From contig CAWGAA010000001.1 of the NCBI GenBank assembly GCA_963820525.1, positions 960,001 to 1,024,000 of the forward strand: DNA of 64,000 nucleotides. Direction: 5' to 3'. This document shows positions 40,073-49,642 of this stretch, one piece after another (position 1 is the first letter of the stretch; every line of letters starts with the position of its first letter). The notes beneath the pieces were generated by a model that saw nothing but the letters and a program-made list of their open reading frames with translations, searched no databases and was not told where the DNA came from. Both the position numbers and the translations under genes were made by a program. This stretch comes from an uncultured Spirochaetota bacterium (GTDB lineage: Bacteria > Spirochaetota > Spirochaetia > SZUA-6 > Fen-1364).

Positions 40073-40963
40073 CTGAGCTACTTTCTCTTCCCCGAGCTTC
40101 CCGGAATCCACTCTGACGATTGCGGCTGCGCCATGCTCAATCCCGGTTGGATCCACATGAAGAGGAGACTCGCGCAGACGGTCATCATCCTTGGCCGGAA
40201 GAACTCGGCATTCCTCGAAGACGAGGGGGAGCAGATCGAAATACGGCCCAATCGCATCTGCATACTCGCTGCCGGGCGAATGCACCAGGGTACGAAAGCA
40301 ATTGCGGTGCCGGTATCCTACTACTGGCTGCACTTTGCCACTCCCGCCCTTCCGGTCCTGCTCTCCGACGACGAGGCGGACACGATCCTCAACAACAGGG
40401 ATGTCATCAAGCAGCGTCTCAGCAGGGCCGCCCTTGTCAAACAGCAACTTGACCTGAAGGACCCCGAGCCCTTCAACAGGCTTTTCCATGATCTGCTCTA
40501 CGAGCAGGAGCGTCCCTCCTATACCACCTGGAAGTTCAAGCTGCTCGTGCAGCAACTGCTGATCAAGGCGACCGAGGCGACTATCGCGGAGCATGCCGTG
40601 CCCCGAACCCTGCCCACGGACTCAGACATTGTCTACGCGATCCTTTCGCTCATCGCCGAGCGGCTTTCCGACCCAAACATTTCCATCAAGTACATCGCCG
40701 ATGTCCTGCGCCACAACCCTGACTACATCGGCAGAAAATTCAAACGCGTTATGGGGCTCTCCATAGGAGATTACGTTCTGCAGAAGCGCATCGAAGTGGC
40801 CACGCTGCGGCTGCAGGAAACCTATGGATCCGTTGCCGAGATTTCGGCCCAATGCGGTTTTGGATCCGTGCGGCATTTTCTGCGCCAGTTCAAAGCGGTC
40901 CAGGGTATCACCCCGACGGAGTTGCGGGCGCGTTACAGGACGATGTACATCAACAGCCTCTGA
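40073..40963 (+). CDS. AraC family regulator; probable CTG start at 40073 (first ATG at 40133)
   Basis: Cupin-like N-terminus (YYWLHF) and C-terminal HTH (IS.QCGF...HF.RQFK...G.TP.E.R); AGGAGG lies 6 nt before an in-frame CTG. Confidence 0.9.
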   Translation: MSYFLFPELPGIHSDDCGCAMLNPGWIHMKRRLAQTVIILGRKNSAFLEDEGEQIEIRPNRICILAAGRMHQGTKAIAVPVSYYWLHFATPALPVLLSDDEADTILNNRDVIKQRLSRAALVKQQLDLKDPEPFNRLFHDLLYEQERPSYTTWKFKLLVQQLLIKATEATIAEHAVPRTLPTDSDIVYAILSLIAERLSDPNISIKYIADVLRHNPDYIGRKFKRVMGLSIGDYVLQKRIEVATLRLQETYGSVAEISAQCGFGSVRHFLRQFKAVQGITPTELRARYRTMYINSL

Positions 40964-40984
40964 GACTGCCCCAAGCTCCCGGTT

Positions 40985-42387
40985 TCACGAGGCGGGCAGG
41001 CACCGCTTCAGGATTGCGATCCCCGTATTGATGCGTCGGGCATCCAGCATCCCAAAGCCGAGGACGAGGGCATCCTCCCATCGTCCCTTCCTGACGGCGT
41101 GGTCTTCCACCGGATATACCCCGACCCCCGCCAGGTCGATCCTGTTCAACAGGGTCGGGGTGAACCTGATGCCGGGGAAGCGCACGCATACGTGAAGGCC
41201 CGAGGCCGTACCCAGGATCCGCACCTCCTCGTTGAAATGGCGATTGAGAGCATCGAGGAGAAGCTCACGTGATTCCCGGTATGCCTTTTTCATCACGGCG
41301 AGATGCCGGGCAAAATGCCCGTCCATGATGAAGCGTGCCAGGACGAGCTGCTCAATGGCGGGAGCATGGAAATCAGCACGCCGCTTGGCGTTGCGCATGC
41401 CCGCGATCAGGGCCGGCGGCACGACGATGAACCCGACTCTCAATGAGGGGAAGAGAGTCATGCTGAAAGTGCCGATGTAAATCACCCGGGGAGGGCAGAG
41501 TCCCTGGATCGAGCTGACGGGAGGAGAATCGTAGCGGAAATCACCGTCGTAGTCCTCCTCCACGACGAAAGAAGAATGCCTCCGCGCATAGCTCAGGAGC
41601 TGCACCCGTCTCTGCACAGGCATGGTTCCGCCCAGGGGAAACTGGTGAGAGGGGGTGATGTGGATAAACGCGGGCTTCGCCCGCTGCGGCAGCGCATCGG
41701 TCACAAGCCCCTGTTCGTCCGCGGGCACGGGGATGATCCGCCCCCCCAGGCCGGCGACGATTTGCCGGCTGTCCGCCGAGCCCGGATCTTCCATGATGCA
41801 TGCCGGCCGGGCGCTTTTAAGGAGCAGCCTGCTCACAATCCCCATGGCCTGCGTCGACCCGCTGGTGATCAGGATCTGCTCTGGATGGCAACACACCGCA
41901 CGATGAGAGGCGAGATACCGGGCAATCTCCCGCCGCAGCTCCGATCTTCCCTCCGGCTGTCCGTAGGAAAGATCGAGCGGCGTCACATGACGCCATACGT
42001 CCCCCGCGATCCGCTGCCAGAGCCTGGTCGGGAACCGGCTGAGATCCGGTACGCCGGGGCGAAAATCGATGAGATCGAAACGGAAGGGCATGAACTTGCC
42101 GGGAGCGGGGGGACGGCATCCGGCACCGCCTGAGTCCTGAATACCGCGCCGGCGGCCACGAGAAGGGAATTCGGGGGCTCCGCCTCAAGATACCCCTCCG
42201 CGATGAGCTGGTCGAGAGCGTCCCTCACGGCGGTTGGCGAAACATTCATTTCCCGTGCAATCTGCCGGGCGGAACTCATCCGTGCACCGGGGGGGAGCGC
42301 CTCGGAAAGAATTCGGCCCCTGATGAGGGCAAAGATCCGGGAAGCTGCCGGCTCCCCAGATCCACGGCTGGTTTCAGGAAACGACAT
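40985..42387 (-). pseudogene. MocR/GntR PLP-dependent regulator, frameshifted near 42107-42112 and with PLP Lys replaced by Met
   Basis: wHTH (PGARMSSARQIA...V..A.DQLIAEGYL) and aminotransferase domain (DFRPG.PD, TPSHQFP.G, EEDYD, GTFSMTLFPSLRVG) lie in different frames. Confidence 0.75.
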
Positions 42388-42579
42388 TCCTATCCTTTTC
42401 CCCTTGGCGCTCTTTATTTTTCCATGAATGCAGGGGAATTGTAAATGAGCCAATCTCGCCACCCATTCGCACCTTCCCCGAACCGCGCTCCCCGAAGGCC
42501 GCAGAGCCCGCATGGGCGCGGCTGATATCCAGAGTCTACAAAGTCGCGATGCCGGACCCGGCGAAGGCACCCGACCGAA

Positions 42580-43107
42580 TCACCGCTGGTCTTCCATCAT
42601 GATCTCCCGCACCATGGAATCGATCTCGTCCTGCGCGACGTCGGATTTGCGCTCGAACGCGAGCTCCATGTCGGTATCTCTGAGCTTTTTCAGCAGAGTG
42701 TACACCACGATCATGAGGAACTTGACCCCGTCTGCCGGACGTTCCTTGATGAACTGCATGAGCTGGCTGCGGTGATTCCGCAATAAAACAGTGTCGGTAG
42801 CGGCTTCAACGTTCGCGGTTCTCTTCACGTTCATGAAGATCCCCGCTTCACCGAATATCGAGCCCTCCCCGATGGTGGACAGGAACACCGTCTTGGTACC
42901 GTCCCGCGCGGTGACGTTCACCGATCCCTCCAAAACGGCGTAGAGGTAGGGGCTCGCCTCTCCCTCGTGGATGATCGTTTCGCCTTCCGTGAACGAATGT
43001 ACCTCCGCCCTGCTGAAAAAATCTCCCAGTGCCTCGTCGTCGAAGTACTTGAACAGGGGGATCTTTTTCAACGTGGGCAGGTATTTTTCCTTATTGGGAA
43101 CGAGCAT
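42580..43107 (-). CDS. Stand-alone cyclic-nucleotide-binding protein (no HTH)
   Basis: IPLF, I.HEGE, L.GSV.V, FGEAGIF...RTANV.A; AGGAGG RBS. Confidence 0.9.
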   Translation of the reverse strand: MLVPNKEKYLPTLKKIPLFKYFDDEALGDFFSRAEVHSFTEGETIIHEGEASPYLYAVLEGSVNVTARDGTKTVFLSTIGEGSIFGEAGIFMNVKRTANVEAATDTVLLRNHRSQLMQFIKERPADGVKFLMIVVYTLLKKLRDTDMELAFERKSDVAQDEIDSMVREIMMEDQR

Positions 43108-43121
43108 GGGCCCTCCTTTTC

Positions 43122-43170
43122 ACATTACACAAATTACAATAAATTATACGGAGTTTTCCTTCGGGCGCAA
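43122..43170 (-). promoter_or_regulatory. Putative sigma70 promoter with three phased direct repeats
   Basis: TTGCGC-16 nt-TATAAT on the minus strand; + strand ACATTACA, AAATTACA, AAATTATA at 9-10 bp spacing. Confidence 0.5.
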
Positions 43171-43240
43171 GCGTGATACGAGCCGGCACCAAACGCGCCG
43201 GCTCCGCGTATACAGGTGTAAGGTTCAAAGTGAGGTATGT

Positions 43241-44038
43241 ATGACCGTGACTGACCTCAAACCCGAACAGCACGCCGCCTATTTTCAGTGTCTGGAGGAC
43301 TGGTCCGATGAGATAAAAGAGGCGGGAGAGCACAAGGAAAACTGGTTCAATTTCATGAAGGAGAGAGGACTGCGCGTAAAGATCGCGATCGACGATGCCG
43401 GCACTCCCGGCGGAATGATCCAATACGCGCCGATCGAGCACTCCTATTCAGCTCTAGCGCAAAGCAGTGGATTGTATTTTATCTACTGCGTCTTGGTGCA
43501 TGGACACACCAAGGGAAGGGGGAACTTCCAAAAGAAAGGCTTCGGGTCCGCATTGCTTCAGGCCGCGGAGCGCGATGTTATGGATCTGGGCGGAATGGGA
43601 TTGATCGCATGGGGAATGTCGATACCCGTCTTCATGAGGGCTTCCTGGTTCAAGAAGCACGGATATAAAAGAATAGATCGAATAGGGATCCAGGAGCTGC
43701 TGTGGAAACCCTTCTTTGGAAATGCATGTCCCCCGAAATGGGTGCGGCCGAAGAAAACTCCCGCCGCCGTCAAGGACAAGGTATCCGTCGTGTGCTTCAA
43801 GACCGGATGGTGTCCGGCGCAGAATATCGTCTACGAGCGCGCGAAAAGGGCCGTCTGCAAGTTTCCCTCGGATGTCGTTTTCAACGCAGTGGACACCCTC
43901 GACGAGCGCACCCGGCGGGAATGGGGCATATCGGACGCCCTGTACATAGACGGGAAGCAGATACGAACGGGACCCCCGCCCAGCTATGAGAAAATCACAT
44001 CGCTCATCAGGAAAAGGCTGAAACGTCTGAAAAGATGA
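43241..44038 (+). CDS. GNAT acetyltransferase with thioredoxin-like C-terminus (YoaP-like)
   Basis: GMIQY.PIE, IYCV.V, QKKGFGSALL, WFKKHGY, GWCP; GAGGT RBS. Confidence 0.85.
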   Translation: MTVTDLKPEQHAAYFQCLEDWSDEIKEAGEHKENWFNFMKERGLRVKIAIDDAGTPGGMIQYAPIEHSYSALAQSSGLYFIYCVLVHGHTKGRGNFQKKGFGSALLQAAERDVMDLGGMGLIAWGMSIPVFMRASWFKKHGYKRIDRIGIQELLWKPFFGNACPPKWVRPKKTPAAVKDKVSVVCFKTGWCPAQNIVYERAKRAVCKFPSDVVFNAVDTLDERTRREWGISDALYIDGKQIRTGPPPSYEKITSLIRKRLKRLKR

Positions 44039-44113
44039 ATGCAGCGAAGCCGCACGACTTCCATGAGCCCCGTGGCCACCGTCAAACGGCGGGTTGTCGG
44101 GTTTCGGCTACGC

Positions 44114-47100
44114 TCACTCTCCCGGCCGCTCCGCCGACTCTTCGCGGGCCGGCCATCCGAGCGAGGAGAAAGAGGGTTTCAGCTCACGCCAGATGCGGTC
44201 GAACTCCTCGTCAATGAGCGACGCGTCCTCTGCCGTTCGCGCGCTCTGGCGGCACACCTCGTGGAGCCTCTGGAACGCCTGCCCAAGATTCCGAATGAAG
44301 GTCTCGACGGCCGCGCGCTCGATCGTCACATCGGTTGGAGCCGGGGTGGGCGCGGCCGCATCCGGCTGCCTGCTTCTTTTGAGGGGATCCCGATCGGCCG
44401 GGATACCGAGGACGATTTCCATCGGCTCCCATGCCTTGATGGGCTCCCGCATGCCCTTGACGTCTATCATTCCGAGATCGTTTGCGTGGATCCAGTCGCT
44501 CACCTTCGCGAAGATCTCCTGGGAGATGCAGGTCGATCCGCCCCGGGCGACGGTCTGAAGGCGGGAGGCGATGTTCACCGTGTTGCCGAGCGCGTCCCCG
44601 CCTTTTTCCACCACATCACCCCAGTGGATCCCGATTCTCACCACTACCCGCATCTTCTCGGGACGGAAGCGGTTGAACCGTCTCAGAGCTTTCTGCACGC
44701 GGATTGCGGCAAGCACTGCGAACAACGGCTCCGAAAAGAGGAAGAGATGGCCGTCCCCCATTCTCTTGACCAGCGCCCCTTCATGGGCGCCGACGATCGG
44801 AAGGAGAATCCCCTCGTACTCCTGAAGCAGGGTGGTGATTTCCAGCGGGGACAGCTCCTGTGACTTGCTCGAGTAGTCTTGGATATCGGAGAAAAGGACG
44901 GCGCACATGCGCACGTGCTCGCGTTCGAACCTGTAGGTGTCCTTCTCCGTGGAGAAGCGCACCTCCTGCTCGTCCACGGGTTCCACCTCAGCCGGCTCGG
45001 CGTCGATAGCGGGCATCCGCAGAACGCGGACCATGCTGACGAGCAGTTGCTGCGCGCGGGGGTCGCTCGTCATGGGAAGCACGTCCCTGAGGGTCTCCTG
45101 CAGCCATTTGTCATGCTCTCTCAGCAGGGACCAGACGACGGCGATGACGGCGGGGGAAAGCTCATCGCGGAGGTCGCGGACGAGCATGATCCGGTCCGTC
45201 GAGGCCAGCCGGGAGAGCACGTCGGAGAGCACGCGCACGGCATAGTCGTCCCCCAGGGTGATGAGGGTGGCGGGGACCCGCGCGATCACAGCGGGAGAGC
45301 CGCTGCGAAGAACCCGGTAGAGGAACTCCGTGAGTGCGGGCACCCTCACGGGAGAGCACCGGTGCGCGATGCGGTGGATGAAGGAGACGGTGAGGATCTT
45401 TTTCCACTCGTCGAAGCGATCATAGACGTCGATGACGGCGCAGGCGATGTCGACGTCGGCCTTGGCGCCGAGCAGGTCCGCGAGCCGGGAGGCAGCTTCC
45501 CTGTCCGACTCAACGGAGAACAGCTGGAGGATGACGCGCTGCAGGTTTTCCCGCAGCGCCCTGGCGGAGGAGAGGGCATCGAGCAGCGCGATGCGGATGT
45601 AGCGGTCGTTCTCGTGCAGAAGGTTTATGAGAGTGGGTTCCATCGCCGCGAGGTCGAGATCCTTAATCAGCTCGATGGCGGCGATTGCGAGCATCTTGTT
45701 CGTCACGGGAGGCCTCATGCAGTCCTGGCAGGCCACGAGCGCGGATGCGGGGTCAGCCCGGTTGAGCGCAAACAGGGCACGCTCCGCCAGCCGATGCAGC
45801 TTCATCTTCCGCGCCCAGTCCAAAAGGGGGCCGAGCAGCTCCTTCATGTCCGCAAAGTCCGCGAGCCGCAAAATCGAGAGGGCCCGCTTGAGGCGGCAGA
45901 GGATCCGCCTCTTCTCGGTCTTCGCGACGGCAAGGTGGCGGATGAAGAGGGCGATGCCTGATCTGGTGGGATCCGCCAAGAGCTCGTGCAGGATCCCATA
46001 CCCTTCGAAGTGGCATGCTTCCAGCTTTACGGCGGATCGTTTCAGGAGCTGCACCGAACGCTGTCTCTCCACAGAGCTGCCGCCGCTCTTTATGGACCGG
46101 AGAAAGGTCCTCTTCGCTTCTTCGTCGAAGTAGAACTCCATGTACTCCTTGGCCTTCGCGATCTGCATACCCATTTCATGGGACGTGTCGATGTCCCTCT
46201 CGCAGGCTTTTTGTAGGTCGTCAAAAAGCCCGGCGATCCTCGCGGGCAGATCGGCAAGGCTCGGCAGCGCGGGCGCGGATTTCGCGGCGCGCGCGATCGA
46301 CTCCATTCCATCGATGGCCTGCAGCGCCTCCTCTTCGAGTGAGGGGTCCGCCTCCACCGCTTCCGCGAGCAGGGCGCACAGCGCATCGAAAGAGGTGAGC
46401 TGCGAGGGCAAGGACCCGAGTTGCCTGTAGCATTCCCGCCGGATCCCCGGGTCCTCGTCCGCGAGGGACTGGAGGAAGATGTCGCGTGCCGCTTCCGTTG
46501 CCAGTGGTGCGGCGAGCCCTATGAGCTTGACGCGCAGAGGCACGGGCAGCCGCACATGCGTCTCCCGGCAGGAGGCGAGCACCGCCTGGGAGAGACGCTC
46601 GTCTTTCTTGGCGATTTGCAGCAGGGGAGCAAGACCGCCGTGTTCCTGTACGGCCAACGAAAGCGCGTTTTCCGCCCCGTCCCGCGACTCCAGTTGGATG
46701 AGTACTTCCAGGGAAGCGGCGCGTGTTTCCGGCTGTACCGTGGGAGAATGCGCGAGTGAGGAGGCAATCTGGCGCGCATCGGGGGAATCGGGGAATGTGG
46801 AGGCGAGGGTGCGGAGAACCTCGAGCTGCACGGTTTCTTCCCTCCGGGCGGCCGCGAGCTTGAGCAGGAAAGGGAGAGTCTTGGGCGCTCGGATCTTGCC
46901 CGAGGTACGAACGGCCGCGCAGACGATCTCAGGGTCCGGATGGCTGAAGAGCCGCGCAATGTGAGTGAAGCTGCGGATATCCGCAAGGGTCCCGAGCGCC
47001 CGAAGCGCGGAAACGGCCACTTGCGGGCGGGAGTCGAAGATGTCGGCATGGAGGATGTCGAAGGTCCTGTCATCCCGGCCGAACTCACCCAGAATCAGGT

Positions 47101-47185
47101 GCGTGGTCAGGATAGCCTCCACGTTCAGCTCTCCGGAGGGAGGACGGGCTTTCGAGTGCAGTGCCGTGTCCGTGCCGCTCACCAC
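44114..47185 (-). CDS. HEAT-repeat protein with C-terminal class III adenylate cyclase
   Basis: Many HEAT-like units (VAVSALRALG, LADEDPGIRRECY, ENDRYIRIALLDAL); cyclase motifs FSDI, KRMGDG, RIGIHWG, DALGNTVNIASRL. Confidence 0.9.
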   Translation of the reverse strand: MVSGTDTALHSKARPPSGELNVEAILTTHLILGEFGRDDRTFDILHADIFDSRPQVAVSALRALGTLADIRSFTHIARLFSHPDPEIVCAAVRTSGKIRAPKTLPFLLKLAAARREETVQLEVLRTLASTFPDSPDARQIASSLAHSPTVQPETRAASLEVLIQLESRDGAENALSLAVQEHGGLAPLLQIAKKDERLSQAVLASCRETHVRLPVPLRVKLIGLAAPLATEAARDIFLQSLADEDPGIRRECYRQLGSLPSQLTSFDALCALLAEAVEADPSLEEEALQAIDGMESIARAAKSAPALPSLADLPARIAGLFDDLQKACERDIDTSHEMGMQIAKAKEYMEFYFDEEAKRTFLRSIKSGGSSVERQRSVQLLKRSAVKLEACHFEGYGILHELLADPTRSGIALFIRHLAVAKTEKRRILCRLKRALSILRLADFADMKELLGPLLDWARKMKLHRLAERALFALNRADPASALVACQDCMRPPVTNKMLAIAAIELIKDLDLAAMEPTLINLLHENDRYIRIALLDALSSARALRENLQRVILQLFSVESDREAASRLADLLGAKADVDIACAVIDVYDRFDEWKKILTVSFIHRIAHRCSPVRVPALTEFLYRVLRSGSPAVIARVPATLITLGDDYAVRVLSDVLSRLASTDRIMLVRDLRDELSPAVIAVVWSLLREHDKWLQETLRDVLPMTSDPRAQQLLVSMVRVLRMPAIDAEPAEVEPVDEQEVRFSTEKDTYRFEREHVRMCAVLFSDIQDYSSKSQELSPLEITTLLQEYEGILLPIVGAHEGALVKRMGDGHLFLFSEPLFAVLAAIRVQKALRRFNRFRPEKMRVVVRIGIHWGDVVEKGGDALGNTVNIASRLQTVARGGSTCISQEIFAKVSDWIHANDLGMIDVKGMREPIKAWEPMEIVLGIPADRDPLKRSRQPDAAAPTPAPTDVTIERAAVETFIRNLGQAFQRLHEVCRQSARTAEDASLIDEEFDRIWRELKPSFSSLGWPAREESAERPGE

Positions 47186-47381
47186 GTGCTCCTGCCTGCG
47201 GTGAAAGATTTCCCCTTCCGTGCGTTACGGGCTTCTCGCATCGCATATGGAGGCATAGCTTCGGGTCCTTTCCTGAAGCTTAGCGAGAAACGATAGAACG
47301 ATCAATCAGCGTATGGAGAAGCGTTCAGGCTCATACGGCCCGAAGATTGGATCCTTCAGGGGAAAATTATCGTGCGGCTTG

Positions 47382-48854
47382 TCATTTTGGCTGCCTGGAT
47401 TGCCCCACAAGTTCGGGGAAATCGTAGCTGCGTTCAACAAAGTAGCGGAGGTCGAAATCCTCATGGGTAACGACGATCAGGATGGTGGCGTTTTCCGCCA
47501 TATAGTCCGAAATGGCCTGCATCACCTTGGTCCGTGTCTCGAAGTCGATATGGGCGAAGGGCTCGTCCAGAAGCAGGACCTCAGGCTTTGCGGCCAGGGC
47601 CCGGGCTATGTCCATGCGCTTCATTTCACCGGAGGAAAGCGAACGCGGGTGAGAATCGAGATGGACGCCTGCAAGTCCCACTTTCGCCAGGTAATTCAGC
47701 AGCTCCTCACAGTTGAAACTGCCCGGCCCGCCCTGGGCTTCGGCGATATGCCTGATGGAGTCCCGGATACGCTGGTCCGGAAAGAAGGCGAAGCGCGAAT
47801 CCTGCTGGACCACGGCCATCTTCCGCCTGAAGGGGAGGAATGCGCTCGGGTCGTTTCCGCGTTCGCGCGGCTTGATCGCCACCAGGTCCTCCCCGTCTAA
47901 AAAGATATTCCCCTTCGTCCCGTCGAGGAGGCGCAGGATGGCCTTGATCATGCTCGACTTGCCGCAGCCGGAGGGACCGGTGATCCCGTAGATCGTGGAG
48001 CGGTCGAACGTGATGGAGAGCTCGGTGAACGCCTTGAAAGTACGCTCTCCGAAAATGCCCCGCTTGAAGTAGCTCTGGGACAGATTATCGATCGAAAGAC
48101 CCGCGGCTTGCGATTTCTTGGCCTCGGGCTTCTCGAAGCCGTTTGCATGAGGAATCTCCTTGAGGCGCACGAGGCGGGCGTTTTCCAGGGCATAGGCGTG
48201 ATTCAATTTCAGGGCCCGGATGAAATCCAGATCGTGGCTGGCCATCAGCACCGTCTTGTCCTTGGCTGAAAGGATTTCCGTGTTGAGGAAGTCGATGAAT
48301 CGCTTGCGAAGATTGCGGTCCAGGTTCACGGTCGGTTCGTCCAGCACTACGAGATCGCCCTGCCGGGAAAGAAGGATCATCAGGGTGATGCGCTGGAGCT
48401 CGCCGCCGGAGACCTCATCCGGATACAGGCGGGCGAAGGATCCGAAATCGAGCCCGAAATGCGCTTTGAGCCTGCGCTCGATGGTAGCGCGCGATTCGGG
48501 CGCAAGGAGCTTCAGGTTTTGTTCGAGGGTGAGGGCCGGGTTCATGGCCTGGGCGCTTTCGGCCGGAACGAATACCAGACCGCGCACCATGATTTCCGAC
48601 CAGAGCTTCTGACCGGTCTTGCGACCATTCACATAGGCATCGATTCCGTTCACCTGCATGGAACCGCCAAGCCTGAAGGTTCGGGTCGGAAGAAGTCCGG
48701 CAATAGTCTTCAGGAACACGGATTTTCCGACGCCGGTTGGCCCGATGATGACCGAGGAGCTGCCTTGCGCGGGAGCGAAATCGCCGTCCTTTACCAGAGG
48801 GCGGTCGTCGAGGGTTATGGAAAAGCCGTTGAGCGAGATGGGGGGCGCTTTCAT
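47382..48854 (-). CDS. Double-domain ABC ATPase (fused OppD/OppF-like)
   Basis: GPTGVGKS / VSGGE / LDEP / H, then GPSGCGKS / LSSGE / LDEP / H. Confidence 0.92.
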   Translation of the reverse strand: MKAPPISLNGFSITLDDRPLVKDGDFAPAQGSSSVIIGPTGVGKSVFLKTIAGLLPTRTFRLGGSMQVNGIDAYVNGRKTGQKLWSEIMVRGLVFVPAESAQAMNPALTLEQNLKLLAPESRATIERRLKAHFGLDFGSFARLYPDEVSGGELQRITLMILLSRQGDLVVLDEPTVNLDRNLRKRFIDFLNTEILSAKDKTVLMASHDLDFIRALKLNHAYALENARLVRLKEIPHANGFEKPEAKKSQAAGLSIDNLSQSYFKRGIFGERTFKAFTELSITFDRSTIYGITGPSGCGKSSMIKAILRLLDGTKGNIFLDGEDLVAIKPRERGNDPSAFLPFRRKMAVVQQDSRFAFFPDQRIRDSIRHIAEAQGGPGSFNCEELLNYLAKVGLAGVHLDSHPRSLSSGEMKRMDIARALAAKPEVLLLDEPFAHIDFETRTKVMQAISDYMAENATILIVVTHEDFDLRYFVERSYDFPELVGQSRQPK

Positions 48855-49642
48855 GCGGTGATTTCCTTCTGATCGCCCAGCGTGAGGAGAAAGGAGATGC
48901 TGATCACCACCAGGAGCAGGGATGGCAGCCAGAAAAGGATGGGCGTTCCTCCATCGAACAGGGCATCCCGATTGGCTGCGATCAGGGCGCCGGGACTGGC
49001 GTGCGCCGGGGTGCCGTAGCTCCCGAAGCCGAGCTGGATGATGAAGCCGAAGGAGCAGTCGAGCACGAGGGTCTTCAACAATATGCCCGCCGACACGCGT
49101 TTCAGGGTGTTGCGCATGGCGTGCGAACCCATCAGGACGGCCAGAATCCGCCGTTTGGTGAAGCCGTAGGAGCGGAACGACAGGCTGTATTTCCGGTGGT
49201 ACAGATCTGCGAGAGGGATCGCAATACCGCGTACCGCTTCCGGCAGGGCCGTCAGGGTTGCGGCCAGGATAAATACGATCAACGACATCATCTGCGAGGC
49301 CCCGACCGTATGGCTGGCAAGGTAGCCCGAAACAGGGGCGTAGCAGAAGAGGGCCACGAGGATGGCCGGAACAGATTCGACCGCGTTCAGGATGCTCGCG
49401 CCCGTCCTGCCGAAGCGCTGGGCCAGGACGCTCGCGTAGCCCAGGACCACGGTGAGAAGGGTCGCCAGGCCAAGGGTCGCGGCGAGGGTGATCGACAATT
49501 GCCTGAAGGAGGATTGGAGGGCCGCCTCAAAGGCCGGAGCCAGGTAGCCCGGCAGCCATTCAGCCGGCAGCCAAGCCAGGGCGAGCGGCGATGCCAGGAC
49601 GAGCAGGCAGATCGCCCTGGCAATTTTATAGAGCTTTCTCAT
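48851..49642 (-). CDS. Divergent OppC/DppC-like permease
   Basis: About six TMs, ES.PAIL, degenerate EAA region, SFGF..QLGFG....P; position in operon. Confidence 0.75.
   Translation of the reverse strand: MRKLYKIARAICLLVLASPLALAWLPAEWLPGYLAPAFEAALQSSFRQLSITLAATLGLATLLTVVLGYASVLAQRFGRTGASILNAVESVPAILVALFCYAPVSGYLASHTVGASQMMSLIVFILAATLTALPEAVRGIAIPLADLYHRKYSLSFRSYGFTKRRILAVLMGSHAMRNTLKRVSAGILLKTLVLDCSFGFIIQLGFGSYGTPAHASPGALIAANRDALFDGGTPILFWLPSLLLVVISISFLLTLGDQKEITA

Noticed and set aside
42580..47185. Pycsar-type anti-phage system (cyclase plus cNMP effector)
   Set aside because: The cyclase keeps adenine-specifying Lys/Asp, the cNMP protein has no TM or TIR effector, and a GNAT on the opposite strand separates them
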